64,000 nucleotides of DNA from Escherichia coli. Its GTDB lineage: Bacteria; Pseudomonadota; Gammaproteobacteria; Enterobacterales; Enterobacteriaceae. Made by a program: the position numbers and the translations under genes. The stretch lies in assembly GCF_022846255.1 (NCBI RefSeq), contig NZ_AP025682.1; one strand, 5' to 3'. The notes under the pieces are model-generated. The model ran no database searches. It was not told the origin of the DNA and saw only the letters and a list, made by a program, of their open reading frames with translations. Shown piece after piece: positions 1 through 12,095 of the stretch (its first letter is position 1; each line of letters starts with the position of its first letter).

Positions 1-19
1 GCGCTAAACGGGGACGTTT

Positions 20-121
20 ATGCGCACATACAATCCAAACTCTCTTCTCCCTTCACAGATGCAGAAATGCACCTGCGATTTTTTGCATCCTGCGTTTGAC
101 CTCTGCGGAGGTGAAGCGTGA
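20..121 (+). CDS. Small phage ORF upstream of ybcN (YlcH-like, 33 aa)
   Basis: ATG at 20, TGA at 119-121, 34 codons; position matches the small gene preceding ybcN in DLP12-type nin regions. Below the 60-aa ORF-track cutoff. Confidence 0.3.
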   Translation: MRTYNPNSLLPSQMQKCTCDFLHPAFDLCGGEA

Positions 122-573
122 ACCTCCCACAAGACGGCATCAAATTACATCGCGGCAACTTCACCGCTATCGGCCAGCAGATCCAGCCTTATCTGGAGGA
201 AGGCAAATGCTTTCGCATGGTGCTTAAACCGTGGCGGGAGAGACGCAGTCTTTCCCAGAATGCACTTAGCCACATGTGGTACAGCGAAATCAGTGAATAC
301 CTCATCAGCAGGGGTAAAACGTTCGCCACTCCAGATTGGGTAAAAGATGCTCTCAAACACACTTATCTCGGTTATGAAACCAAAGAACTGGTTGATGTCG
401 TATCTGGTGAGATCACCACTATTCAGTCATTACGCCATACCTCCGATCTTGATACCGGAGAGATGTATGTCTTCCTGAGTAAGGTTGAATCTTGGGCGAT
501 GAATATTGGCTGCCACCTGACTATTCCGCAGAGCTGCGAGTATCAGCTGCTGCGTGATAAGCAGGAGGCGTAA
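118..573 (+). CDS. ybcN: YbcN-like phage protein (151 aa; DNA base-flipping protein family)
   Basis: ORF track 118..573, GTG start with GGAGG 7 nt upstream; length and N-terminus MNLPQ match my recollection of DLP12 YbcN; followed by ninE-ybcO-rusA. Confidence 0.75.
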   Translation: MNLPQDGIKLHRGNFTAIGQQIQPYLEEGKCFRMVLKPWRERRSLSQNALSHMWYSEISEYLISRGKTFATPDWVKDALKHTYLGYETKELVDVVSGEITTIQSLRHTSDLDTGEMYVFLSKVESWAMNIGCHLTIPQSCEYQLLRDKQEA

Positions 574-744
574 TGGCTACACCGCTTATTCGTGTCATGA
601 ACGGACACATCTACAGAGTACCAAATCGTCGTAAGCGTAAGCCTGAGCTGAAACCATCCGAAATACCAACACTGCTCGGATATACCGCCAGCCTGGTTGA
701 TAAAAAATGGTTGCGACTGGCAGCAAGGAGGAATCATGGCTGAT
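574..744 (+). CDS. ninE: NinE-like protein (56 aa)
   Basis: ATG at 574 immediately after the ybcN stop; hand translation [59 protein letters not shown] at 742-744; position and size as NinE. Below ORF-track cutoff. Confidence 0.65.
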
Positions 745-1026
745 TTGAGAAAAGCAGCGCGTGGTCGGGAATGCCAGGTAAGAATCCCTGGCGTATGTAA
801 TGGCAATTCTGAGACGTCTGTACTGGCACATATCCGGCTGGCTGGATTGTGCGGTACCGGTATCAAACCGCCAGACCTGATTGCCACCATTGCATGTTCT
901 GCCTGCCACGACGAAATCGACCGCCGCACACATTTTGTCGATGCTGCATATGCAAAAGAATGCGCGCTGGAAGGTATGGCGAGAACACAGGTTATCTGGC
1001 TGAAAGAGGGGGTAATCAAGGCGTGA
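736..1026 (+). CDS. ybcO: YbcO-like putative nuclease (96 aa)
   Basis: ORF track 697..1026 trimmed to ATG 736 ([14 protein letters not shown]...), RBS AGGAGG upstream; Cys-rich, DLP12 YbcO-like; synteny. Confidence 0.7.
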   Translation: MADLRKAARGRECQVRIPGVCNGNSETSVLAHIRLAGLCGTGIKPPDLIATIACSACHDEIDRRTHFVDAAYAKECALEGMARTQVIWLKEGVIKA

Positions 1027-1385
1027 ATACTTACCACATCACACTACCCTGGCCGCCGAGCAATAACCGCTACTACAGGCATAATCGCGGGCGCACGCAC
1101 ATCAGCGCAGAAGGGCAGGCATACCGTGATAACGTCGCCCGAATCATTAAAGGCTCAATGCTGGATATCGGTCTGGCTATGCCTGTGAAAATCCGCATTG
1201 AGTGCCACATGCCGGATCGCCGTCGCCGTGACCTGGATAATCTGCAAAAAGCCGCTTTTGACGCACTCACTAAAGCAGGTTTCTGGCTGGATGATGAGCT
1301 GGTCGTTGATTACCGCGTTGTGAAGATGCCTGTTACCAAAGGTGGGAAGCTGGAACTGACCACCACTGAACTGGGAGATGAATGA
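1023..1385 (+). CDS. rusA: RusA Holliday-junction resolvase (120 aa)
   Basis: GTG at 1023 overlapping the ybcO stop; [25 protein letters not shown]... near-identical to E. coli RusA as recalled. ORF-track 849..1385 is an upstream extension overlapping ybcO. Confidence 0.9.
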   Translation: MNTYHITLPWPPSNNRYYRHNRGRTHISAEGQAYRDNVARIIKGSMLDIGLAMPVKIRIECHMPDRRRRDLDNLQKAAFDALTKAGFWLDDELVVDYRVVKMPVTKGGKLELTTTELGDE

Positions 1386-1480
1386 TGTTTGAGTCTTATA
1401 TGGCAGAACGTCTTCGCCGCCGCTGGGTGCGCCTGCGCTTATATCGTTTTATTGATTTTTGCTGGCAATTGGCGTGCTAG
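1382..1480 (+). CDS. Small ORF between rusA and Q (32 aa, YlcG-like position)
   Basis: ATG at 1382 overlapping the rusA stop, TAG at 1478-1480; hand translation [32 protein letters not shown]; positional analogy to ylcG only. Confidence 0.35.
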   Translation: MMFESYMAERLRRRWVRLRLYRFIDFCWQLAC

Positions 1481-1503
1481 CCTGATTTTTGTGGGGAAAG
1501 TTG

Positions 1504-1887
1504 ATGCGTGATATTCAGATGGTTCTTGAGCGTTGGGGGGCATGGGCGGCTAATAACCACGAGGATGTAACCTGGTCATCCATTGCTGCCGGTTTTAAGG
1601 GATTAATTCCTTCAAAAGTAAAGTCTCGCCCACAATGCTGTGATGATGACGCGATGATTGTTTGTGGATGTATGGCTCGCCTGAAAAAGAACAATAGCTA
1701 TTTGCATGATTTACTAGTGGATTATTATGTCGGGGGTATGACATTTATGTCACTGGCAAGTAAGCATTGTTGCTCTGATGGTTATATCGGGAAAAAGTTA
1801 CAGAAGGCTGAGGGAATAATTGAAGGGATGTTAATGGCATTAGATATACGGTTAGAGATGGATATCGTTGTTACTAAGTCTAATTAA
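1504..1887 (+). CDS. quuD: Late-gene antiterminator Q (QuuD-like, 127 aa)
   Basis: [26 protein letters not shown]... matches DLP12 QuuD as recalled; ORF-track start TTG 1489 trimmed to ATG 1504. Confidence 0.85.
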   Translation: MRDIQMVLERWGAWAANNHEDVTWSSIAAGFKGLIPSKVKSRPQCCDDDAMIVCGCMARLKKNNSYLHDLLVDYYVGGMTFMSLASKHCCSDGYIGKKLQKAEGIIEGMLMALDIRLEMDIVVTKSN

Positions 1888-2026
1888 TACGCTAATTATT
1901 TACTAAGTGTTATTAAAAAAGGGGCGTAGAAACGCCCCCAAAAATAAAGGGTAATATATAACAGAAGGTTTATATAGTCAGAAGCAAGGTAGTGCTTCTA
2001 AAGGAAGTGGCTTGAGGGAGCCACTT
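1888..2026 (+). promoter_or_regulatory. Probable late promoter PR' / qut / late leader region
   Basis: AT-rich stretch directly after Q containing several stem-loops (around 1921-1938, 1981-2000, 2005-2024); position equals the lambda PR'-6S RNA region. Promoter boxes not confidently assigned. Confidence 0.3.
1915..1938 (-). terminator. Rho-independent terminator of the porin gene (minus strand)
   Basis: On the minus strand, GC hairpin GGGGCG-TTTCTA-CGCCCC followed by TTTTTT (plus-strand A-run 1915-1920), about 140 nt downstream of the porin stop. Confidence 0.5.
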
Positions 2027-2066
2027 ATATGTTGGGGAGGTAAAGCCTCCCGCAACATATCTTTTT
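2027..2066 (+). terminator. tR'-like rho-independent terminator of the late leader
   Basis: Plus-strand hairpin ATATGTTGGGGAGG-TAAAG-CCTCCCGCAACATAT followed by CTTTTT at 2061-2066, about 175 nt after Q, comparable to lambda tR' placement. Confidence 0.45.
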
Positions 2067-2076
2067 CGTAACCAGA

Positions 2077-3174
2077 TTAGAACTGGTAAACCAGTCCTAC
2101 GGCAACGATGTCGTCAGTGCTTACACCAAGTGCTTTAGTGAAGTCGTTTTTGTCAAGCAGGTTGATCTTGTAATCAACGAAAGTAGACATGTTTTTGTTG
2201 AAGTAATAAGTTGCACCTACATCAACATATTTGACTAAGTCCTGATCGCCCCATACTCCAAGATCCTTACCTTTAGATTGCAGGTAAGCAACGGACGGAC
2301 GCAGACCGAAATCGAACTGATATTGTGCAACAGCTTCGAAGTTTTGAGCTTTATTAGCAACGAAGTGATCAGCAAATACAGTCATATTCTGGGTTTCAGA
2401 ATAGGTAGTGGCCAGGTAAATGTTGTTAGCGTCATATTTCAGACCTGCGGCCCAAATTTCTGCATTTTTACCGGAAGCAAATACTTCAGGAAGAACTTTG
2501 CCTGCATTGACTTGAGTGTCGGTACGATCAGATTTCGCATAAGTCGCACCAATGCCGAATCCTTCGTATTCATAGGTAGCAGAGAAACCGAATCCATCAC
2601 CGTTACCTTCGGTGTAGTTATCGAAATCGCTACGATCGTTTTTACCTTGGTACTGAGCAGCAAAGTTCAGACCATCAACCAGACCAAAGAAGTCGTTGTT
2701 ACGGTAAGTTGCAACACCAGTTGCACGTTGAGTCATGAACACGTCGGTTTGAGTCCAAGTGTCACCACCGAATTCTGGCAGGACGTCAGTCCACGCACCG
2801 ATGTCGTATGCTACACCGTAGTTACGACCGTAATCGATGGAACCGTAGTCACCGAATTTCAGGCCTGCAAATGCAAGACGGGTTTTGTCTTTGGCGGAAC
2901 CTTGAGATTCAGCGCGGTTGCCTTTGAATTCATATTCCCACTGACCGAAACCAGTCAGTTGATCGTTGATTTGGGTTTCACCTTTGAAGCCCAGACGAAC
3001 ATAAGTAGTATCACCATCATCTGCATCGTTAGAGGAAAAGTAGTGCTTGGCATTAACTTTCCCGTACAGATCCAGCTTGTTACTGTCTTTATTATAAATT
3101 TCAGCTGCCTGAGCAGACATCGCCATCAGTACTGATGCAGCTACAGCAGAAATTGCCACTGTTAATTTTTTCAT
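2077..3174 (-). CDS. nmpC: Phage-borne OmpC-family porin (NmpC / Lc-like), intact
   Basis: ORF track 2077..3234 trimmed to [23 protein letters not shown] signal peptide; classical general-porin motifs and C-terminal ...GLVYQF; sits between Q and the lysis genes on the opposite strand, as nmpC does in DLP12. Confidence 0.9.
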   Translation of the reverse strand: MKKLTVAISAVAASVLMAMSAQAAEIYNKDSNKLDLYGKVNAKHYFSSNDADDGDTTYVRLGFKGETQINDQLTGFGQWEYEFKGNRAESQGSAKDKTRLAFAGLKFGDYGSIDYGRNYGVAYDIGAWTDVLPEFGGDTWTQTDVFMTQRATGVATYRNNDFFGLVDGLNFAAQYQGKNDRSDFDNYTEGNGDGFGFSATYEYEGFGIGATYAKSDRTDTQVNAGKVLPEVFASGKNAEIWAAGLKYDANNIYLATTYSETQNMTVFADHFVANKAQNFEAVAQYQFDFGLRPSVAYLQSKGKDLGVWGDQDLVKYVDVGATYYFNKNMSTFVDYKINLLDKNDFTKALGVSTDDIVAVGLVYQF

Positions 3175-3761
3175 CGTGAGCCCTTTTTTTGAACTATTAT
3201 TAAAAAATGATGTCACTGCGCGATAAATATTCATCTAATCAATATGATTATTTCAAGATGTAAGTTTTAGTTTCTCATTTAATTTGTGAAGTAGATCTCT
3301 ATTTTTATCTGAACTTTTTCTATCGAAACCTATTTATGGCTCTTATTTGAACAAAAATAAACCTATTAGCTAATTTATATTAATGGCTGTTATTTATGGT
3401 GGTTCTATAATTCGGAAGTTTAATTTAAATCAACTAAAAATAACGTCGGAAATTATTTATTGGTTATTTGTTGAGGTTTTCTAATGTATTTGTGGTGGTG
3501 TTTTGAACACTCGGTAGCATTCTCATAAATATCATTCAGTGGTTTACGTACGTAAAAAATTGGTTATGCTGTTAAGAGTGGTTACTTCGTCACACAGCTT
3601 AAACCCGCCGTCGAGCTGGTTTTTCCATTTTTTGAGTCTCGATATTAGCTGATAACTCAATACCTGAGTTATTCACTGACTCCGAGTCTGTTACGTTTCT
3701 GCTTTTTTGCGATACGTTGTATTCCCTCAATTTACACCCGCTTTGTCTGCGAGGTGGGGTT
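3175..3761. promoter_or_regulatory. 587-bp AT-rich intergenic region: porin promoter/regulatory region, traversed antisense by the late transcript
   Basis: Very AT-rich and non-coding; lies upstream of the porin on the minus strand and upstream of the holin on the plus strand. Confidence 0.3.
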
Positions 3762-3977
3762 ATGAAATCCATGGATAAGTTAACAACGGGTGTCGCCTAT
3801 GGCACCTCAGCAGGTAGTGCCGGTTACTGGTTTTTACAGCTGCTCGATAAAGTCACGCCCTCACAGTGGGCAGCAATAGGTGTGCTGGGTAGCCTGGTAT
3901 TTGGCCTGCTGACGTACCTGACAAACCTTTATTTCAAGATTAAAGAAGATAAGCGCAAGGCTGCGAGAGGTGAATAA
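3762..3977 (+). CDS. essD: Pinholin, class II holin with dual-start motif (S21/EssD-like, 71 aa)
   Basis: [24 protein letters not shown]... with Met1 and Met4 (ATG at 3762 and 3771), RBS GAGGTGG; two TM segments; TAA overlaps the endolysin ATG. Confidence 0.85.
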
Positions 3978-4474
3978 TGCCTCCATCATTACGAAAAGCC
4001 GTTGCTGCTGCTATTGGTGGCGGAGCAATTGCTATAGCATCAGTGTTAATTACTGGCCCAAGTGGTAACGATGGTCTGGAAGGTGTCAGCTACATACCAT
4101 ACAAAGATATTGTTGGTGTATGGACTGTATGTCACGGGCATACAGGAAAAGACATCATGCTCGGTAAAACGTATACCAAAGCAGAATGCAAAGCACTCTT
4201 GAATAAAGACCTTGCCACTGTCGCCAGACAAATTAACCCGTACATCAAAGTCGATATACCGGAAACAACGCGCGGCGCTCTTTACTCATTCGTTTACAAC
4301 GTGGGTGCTGGCAATTTCAGAACATCGACGCTTCTTCGCAAAATAAACCAGGGTGATATCAAAGGCGCATGTGATCAGCTACGTCGCTGGACATATGCTG
4401 GCGGTAAGCAATGGAAAGGTCTCATGACTCGTCGTGAGATTGAGCGTGAAATCTGTTTGTGGGGTCAGCAATGA
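3977..4474 (+). CDS. rrrD: SAR endolysin (lysozyme, R21/RrrD-like, 165 aa)
   Basis: N-terminal Gly/Ala-rich signal-anchor-release segment [23 protein letters not shown] followed by a T4-lysozyme-like catalytic region. Confidence 0.9.
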   Translation: MPPSLRKAVAAAIGGGAIAIASVLITGPSGNDGLEGVSYIPYKDIVGVWTVCHGHTGKDIMLGKTYTKAECKALLNKDLATVARQINPYIKVDIPETTRGALYSFVYNVGAGNFRTSTLLRKINQGDIKGACDQLRRWTYAGGKQWKGLMTRREIEREICLWGQQ

Positions 4475-4914
4475 ACAGAGTAACCACGATTATCTCCGCT
4501 CTGGTTATCTGCATCATCGTCTGCCTGTCATGGGCTGTTAATCATTACCGTGATAACGCCATCACTTACAAAAAGCAGCGTGATAAGGCCGTATCCATTA
4601 TTACTGACATGCAGAAGCGTCAACGTGATGTAGCTGAACTCGATGCCAGATATACAAAGGAGCTTGCTGATGCTAACGCGACTATCGAAAGTCTTCGTGC
4701 TGATGTTTCTGCTGGTCGTAAGTGGCTGCACGTCAAAGCAGTCTGTCCGGACAAGCATAAAACCACCGCCGCCTCCGGCGTGGATGATGCTTCCAGCCCC
4801 AGACTTACTGACACCGCTCAACGGGATTATTTCGTTCTCAGAGAGCGCATCGAAACCATAACTAACCAATTGAATGGCCTGCAAGAGTATGTGAGATCAC
4901 AGTGCTCATATTAG
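4471..4914 (+). CDS. rzpD: Rz i-spanin (147 aa)
   Basis: [29 protein letters not shown]... N-terminal TM then coiled-coil; ORF-track start GTG 4459 trimmed to ATG 4471. Confidence 0.8.
   Translation: MNRVTTIISALVICIIVCLSWAVNHYRDNAITYKKQRDKAVSIITDMQKRQRDVAELDARYTKELADANATIESLRADVSAGRKWLHVKAVCPDKHKTTAASGVDDASSPRLTDTAQRDYFVLRERIETITNQLNGLQEYVRSQCSY
4670..4861 (+). CDS. rzoD: Rz1 o-spanin lipoprotein embedded in the +1 frame of Rz (63 aa)
   Basis: Hand translation [40 protein letters not shown]...: lipobox LVVSGC and proline-rich stretch typical of Rz1; lies wholly inside Rz. Confidence 0.7.
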   Translation: MLTRLSKVFVLMFLLVVSGCTSKQSVRTSIKPPPPPAWMMLPAPDLLTPLNGIISFSESASKP

Positions 4915-4952
4915 AAAAGTCGTATCATAAGATTTTTGTATATGGATGCATT

Positions 4953-5327
4953 ATGTCTCAATACGCTCACGCCGCTTTAATCGCTTATCATTTGGTTGCT
5001 GATAGCTCAATGCATCCTCGTGATGCATGGGATGCAGCTGTCGCAGAGGTTACGGAAAGCGAATCGTCAAGAAAGAAGATATGCCCACGGGCAACATTTC
5101 TCGCCCTGGCGGATAGCGGTTATCTGAAGAATGTAAAACCACAGCATGGGGAGAGAAAGGGCGGTAAGTTGTATCAAAGGGCAATTGAAGTTGCGAATCT
5201 GATTCTTGATTTACCCGGAATCAGCAAAGCGGAGTTAGTTGATAAAACTTGCTATAAAGACAGGCAAGGGTCTTATGACATTGCACTAACTCTCGCTCAG
5301 CACGGATTACTCCAGCGTCCTCAATAA
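4953..5327 (+). CDS. Hypothetical protein (about 124 aa; moron between Rz and cos)
   Basis: ORF track 4902..5327 (GTG start overlapping the Rz stop); ATG 4953 (MSQYAHAALIAYHLVADSS...) chosen as the more likely start but uncertain; no family recognised; followed by a terminator. Confidence 0.45.
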   Translation: MSQYAHAALIAYHLVADSSMHPRDAWDAAVAEVTESESSRKKICPRATFLALADSGYLKNVKPQHGERKGGKLYQRAIEVANLILDLPGISKAELVDKTCYKDRQGSYDIALTLAQHGLLQRPQ

Positions 5328-5344
5328 GATATTAAGTGATTTAT

Positions 5345-5369
5345 GGCCTCGCTTTTAGCGGGGCTTTTT
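5345..5369 (+). terminator. Rho-independent terminator
   Basis: GGCCTCGC-TTTTA-GCGGGGC hairpin (one G-U pair) followed by TTTTT, 18 nt after the 5327 stop. Confidence 0.45.
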
Positions 5370-5704
5370 CATATCTGAATCTCACCATGCATATCATCAC
5401 CTGACTGGAACGTCAGGAGAATTCGTTACCGGGATTCGATAAAGGTATTCAAGCCTGACACATTATGCGCTGTATCGTCGCCGTATTCCTGCATTAACCA
5501 TGACCGTAGCCCGACGGGAACTCCTTCTGCGTGAGTGTGCGGGAATAATCAAAAACGATGCACACCGGGTTTTTACCGCGTTTATGGTTCGCGGGGGTGT
5601 CCCTCATGCTCGCCAGTCCTGTGCGGGGGTGGAAGAAACAGGACGTGTATTCAGGTCTGTGCGACCGTGGCCGCACGCATTTCTTTTATTGCTTTGAGGT
5701 AGAT

Positions 5705-5914
5705 ATGTCAGTAGCTGTTTTCGAGGCACTCAATGCACGTATTAACCAACTTGAAAGTAAGGTGAAGGAATACGAGCAGCGACAGGCTGAGGCAGATGAG
5801 AAGACTCAGAACGAACTTTTCCTGGAGTTTCTTGCCATCGTTCACGAACTGATGCCGTTAGTTAATCAGGCGCTGATGACAGGGCTGAAGGATGGAGATT
5901 TACACAGTAGGTAA
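5705..5914 (+). CDS. Hypothetical small coiled-coil protein (69 aa)
   Basis: ATG 5705 with RBS GAGGTAGAT; MSVAVFEALNARINQLESKVKEYEQRQAEADEK...; the ORF track gives a longer in-frame version from 5558 that lacks an RBS. Confidence 0.45.
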   Translation: MSVAVFEALNARINQLESKVKEYEQRQAEADEKTQNELFLEFLAIVHELMPLVNQALMTGLKDGDLHSR

Positions 5915-5940
5915 ACCTGATCTTCTGTCTTACGGGTCCT

Positions 5941-6150
5941 TTCCGGCGATCCGGCAGGCTACGGGGCGGAAGGCGCGCGGGTTTTCGCTATTTATGAAAA
6001 TTTTCCGGTTTAAGGCGTTTCCGTTCTTCTTTGCCGTAACTTAATGTTTTTATTTAAAACACCCCCTGAAAAGAAAGGAAACGACAGGTGCTGAAAACGG
6101 GCTTTTTGGCCTCTGTCGTTTCCTTTCTCTGTTTTTGTCCGTGGAATGAA
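5941..6150 (+). other. cos: cos region (cosQ-cosN-cosB); cosN candidate at 5975..5986 (GGGCGGAAGGCG)
   Basis: Flanks are near-identical to the lambda right-end/left-end junction as recalled (...CCTTTCCGG.GATCCG.CAGG.TACG / CGCGGGTTTTCGCTATTTATGAAAATTTTCCGG...), with CGTTTCC R-element repeats upstream of nu1. Confidence 0.6.
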
Positions 6151-6152
6151 CA

Positions 6153-6671
6153 ATGGAAGTCAACAAAAAGCAGCTGGCTGACATTTTCGGTGCGAGTATC
6201 CGTACCATTCAGAACTGGCAGGAACAGGGAATGCCCGTTCTGCGAGGCGGTGGCAAGGGTAATGAGGTGCTTTATGACTCTGCCGCCGTCATAAAATGGT
6301 ATGCCGAAAGGGATGCTGAAATTGAGAACGAAAAGCTGCGCCGGGAGGTTGAAGAACTGCGGCAGGCCAGCGAGACAGATCTCCAGCCAGGACTATTGAG
6401 TACGAACGCCATCGACTTACGCGTGCGCAGGCCGACGCACAGGAGCTGAAAAATGCCAGAGACTCCGCTGAAGTGGTGGAAACTGCATTCTGTACTTTCG
6501 TGCTGTCGCGGATCGCAGGTGAAATTGCCAGTATTCTCGACGGGATCCCCCTGTCGGTGCAGCGGCGTTTTCCGGAACTGGAAAACCGACATGTTGATTT
6601 CCTGAAACGGGATATCATCAAAGCCATGAACAAAGCAGCCGCGCTGGATGAACTGATACCGGGGTTGCTGA

Positions 6672-6697
<26 letters not shown>
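6153..6697 (+). pseudogene. nu1: Terminase small subunit Nu1, frameshifted (two ORF-track pieces 6153..6449 and 6473..6697)
   Basis: N-terminus MEVNKKQLADIFGASIRTIQNWQEQGMPVLRGGGKGNEV... matches lambda Nu1 through ...DLQPG, then leaves frame (CCAGGACTATTGAG here, CCAGGAACTATTGAG in lambda as recalled); the remaining Nu1 sequence TIEYERHRLTRAQADAQELKNARDSAEVVETAFC... is in the other frame. Confidence 0.75.
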
Positions 6698-10378
<3,681 letters not shown>

Positions 10379-10398
<20 letters not shown>

Positions 10399-11086
10399 TC
10401 TCCCGCATATTGCCAGCATGGCCTTTAATGAGCCGCTGATGCTTGAACCCGCCTATGCGCGGGTTTTCTTTTGTGCGCTTGCAGGCCAGCTTGGGATCAG
10501 CCGCCTGACGGATGCGGTGTCCGGCGACAGCCTGACTGCCCAGGAGGCACTCGCGACGCTGGCATTATCCGGTGATGATGGCGGGCCACGACAGGCCCGC
10601 AGTTATCAGGTCATGAACGGCATCGCCGTGCTGCCGGTGTCCGGCACGCTGGTCAGCCGGACGCGGGCGCTGCAGCCGTATTCGGGGATGACCGGTTACA
10701 ACGGCATTATCGCCCGTCTGCAACAGGCTGCCAGCGATCCGATGGTGGACGGCATTCTGCTCGATATGGACACACCGGGCGGGATGGTGGCGGGAGCATT
10801 TGACTGTGCTGACATCATCGCCCGTGTGCGAGACATAAAACCGGTATGGACGCTGGCCAACGACATGAACTGCAGTGCAGGTCAGCTGCTTGCCAGCGCC
10901 GCCTCCCGGCGTCTGGTCACGCAGACCGCCCGGACAGGCTCCATCGGCGTCATGATGGCTCACAGTAATTACGGTGCTGCGCTGGAGAAACAGGGTGTGG
11001 AAATCACGCTGATTTACAGCGGCAGCCATAAGGTGGATGGCAACCCCTACAGCCATCTACCGGATGATGTCCGGGAAACACTGTAG
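10379..11086 (+). pseudogene. C: Head protease/scaffold gpC truncated by an in-frame TAG at 11084-11086 (235 aa made instead of 439)
   Basis: GTG 10379 (VTAELRNLPHIASMAFNEPLMLEPAYARVFF...) matches lambda C; ...DDVRETL then TAG where lambda has Gln (CAG); the downstream sequence continues in the same frame as nu3. Confidence 0.75.
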
Positions 11087-11092
11087 TCCCGG

Positions 11093-11698
11093 ATGGATGC
11101 AACCCGCCGGATGTTTGCACAGAAGGTGTCGGCATATACCGGCCTGTCCGTGCAGGCTGTGCTGGATACCGAGGCTGCAGTGTACAGCGGTCAGGAGGCT
11201 ATTGATGCCGGACTGGCTGATGAACTTGTTAACAGTACCGATGCGATCACCGTCATGCGTGATGCACTGGATACACGTAAATCCCGTCTCTCAGGAGGGC
11301 GAATGACCAAAGAGACTCAATCAACAACTGTTTCAGCCACTGCTTCGCAGGCTGACGTTACTGGCGTGGTGCAAGCGACGGAGGGCGAGAACGCCAGCGC
11401 GGCGCAGCCGGACGTGAACGCGCAGATCACCGCAGCGGTTGCGGCAGAAAACAGCCGCATTATGGGTATCCTCAATTGTGAGGAGGCCCACGGACGTGAA
11501 GAACAGGCACGCGTGTTGGCAGAAACCCCCGGAATGACCGTGGAAACGGCCCGCCGCATTCTGGCCGCAGCACCACAGAGTGCACAGGCGCGCAGTGACA
11601 CTGCGCTGGATCGTCTGATGCAGGGGGCACCGGCACCGCTGGCTGCAGGTAACCCGGCATCTGATGCCGTTAACGATTTGCTGAACACACCAGTGTAA
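11093..11698 (+). CDS. nu3: Scaffolding protein Nu3 (201 aa; internal in-frame start of the C reading frame)
   Basis: ATG 11093 two codons after the TAG; MDATRRMFAQKVSAYTGLSVQ...; length equals lambda Nu3. Confidence 0.8.
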   Translation: MDATRRMFAQKVSAYTGLSVQAVLDTEAAVYSGQEAIDAGLADELVNSTDAITVMRDALDTRKSRLSGGRMTKETQSTTVSATASQADVTGVVQATEGENASAAQPDVNAQITAAVAAENSRIMGILNCEEAHGREEQARVLAETPGMTVETARRILAAAPQSAQARSDTALDRLMQGAPAPLAAGNPASDAVNDLLNTPV

Positions 11699-11707
11699 GG
11701 GATGTTT

Positions 11708-12040
11708 ATGACGAGCAAAGAAACCTTTACCCATTACCAGCCGCTGGGCAACAGTGACCCGGCTCATACCGCAACCGCGCCCGGCGGATTGAGTGCGAAA
11801 GCGCCTGCAATGACCCCGCTGATGCTGGACACCTCCACCCGTAAGCTGGTTGCGTGGGATGGCACCACCGACGGTGCTGCCGTTGGCATTCTGGCGGTTG
11901 ATGCTGACCAGACCAGCACCACGCTGACGTTCTACAAGTCCGGCACGTTCCGTTATGAGGATGTGCTCTGGCCGGAGGCTGCCAGCGATGAGACGAAAAA
12001 ACGGACCGCGTTTGCCGGAACGGCAATCAGCATCGTTTAA
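11708..12040 (+). CDS. D: Head decoration protein gpD (110 aa)
   Basis: [27 protein letters not shown]... lambda D; ORF track 11702 trimmed to ATG 11708. Confidence 0.9.
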   Translation: MTSKETFTHYQPLGNSDPAHTATAPGGLSAKAPAMTPLMLDTSTRKLVAWDGTTDGAAVGILAVDADQTSTTLTFYKSGTFRYEDVLWPEAASDETKKRTAFAGTAISIV

Positions 12041-12060
12041 CCTTACCCTTCATCACTAAA

Positions 12061-12082
12061 GGCCGCCTGTGCGGCTTTTTTT
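12061..12082 (+). terminator. Hairpin with T-run between D and E (partial terminator/attenuator)
   Basis: GGCCGC-CTGT-GCGGC followed by TTTTTTT. Confidence 0.4.
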
Positions 12083-12095
12083 ACGGGATTTTTTT

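Noticed and set aside
849..1022. N-terminal extension of the rusA ORF in the track
   Set aside because: Overlaps ybcO in another frame; RusA homology begins at GTG 1023.
5494..5697. Overlapping 60-65-aa ORFs on both strands in the spacer before cos
   Set aside because: No RBS and unprotein-like composition; the region is better treated as structured non-coding DNA pending expression data.
6272..6633. Minus-strand ORFs of 106 and 114 aa
   Set aside because: Antisense to nu1, which is unambiguous apart from its frameshift.
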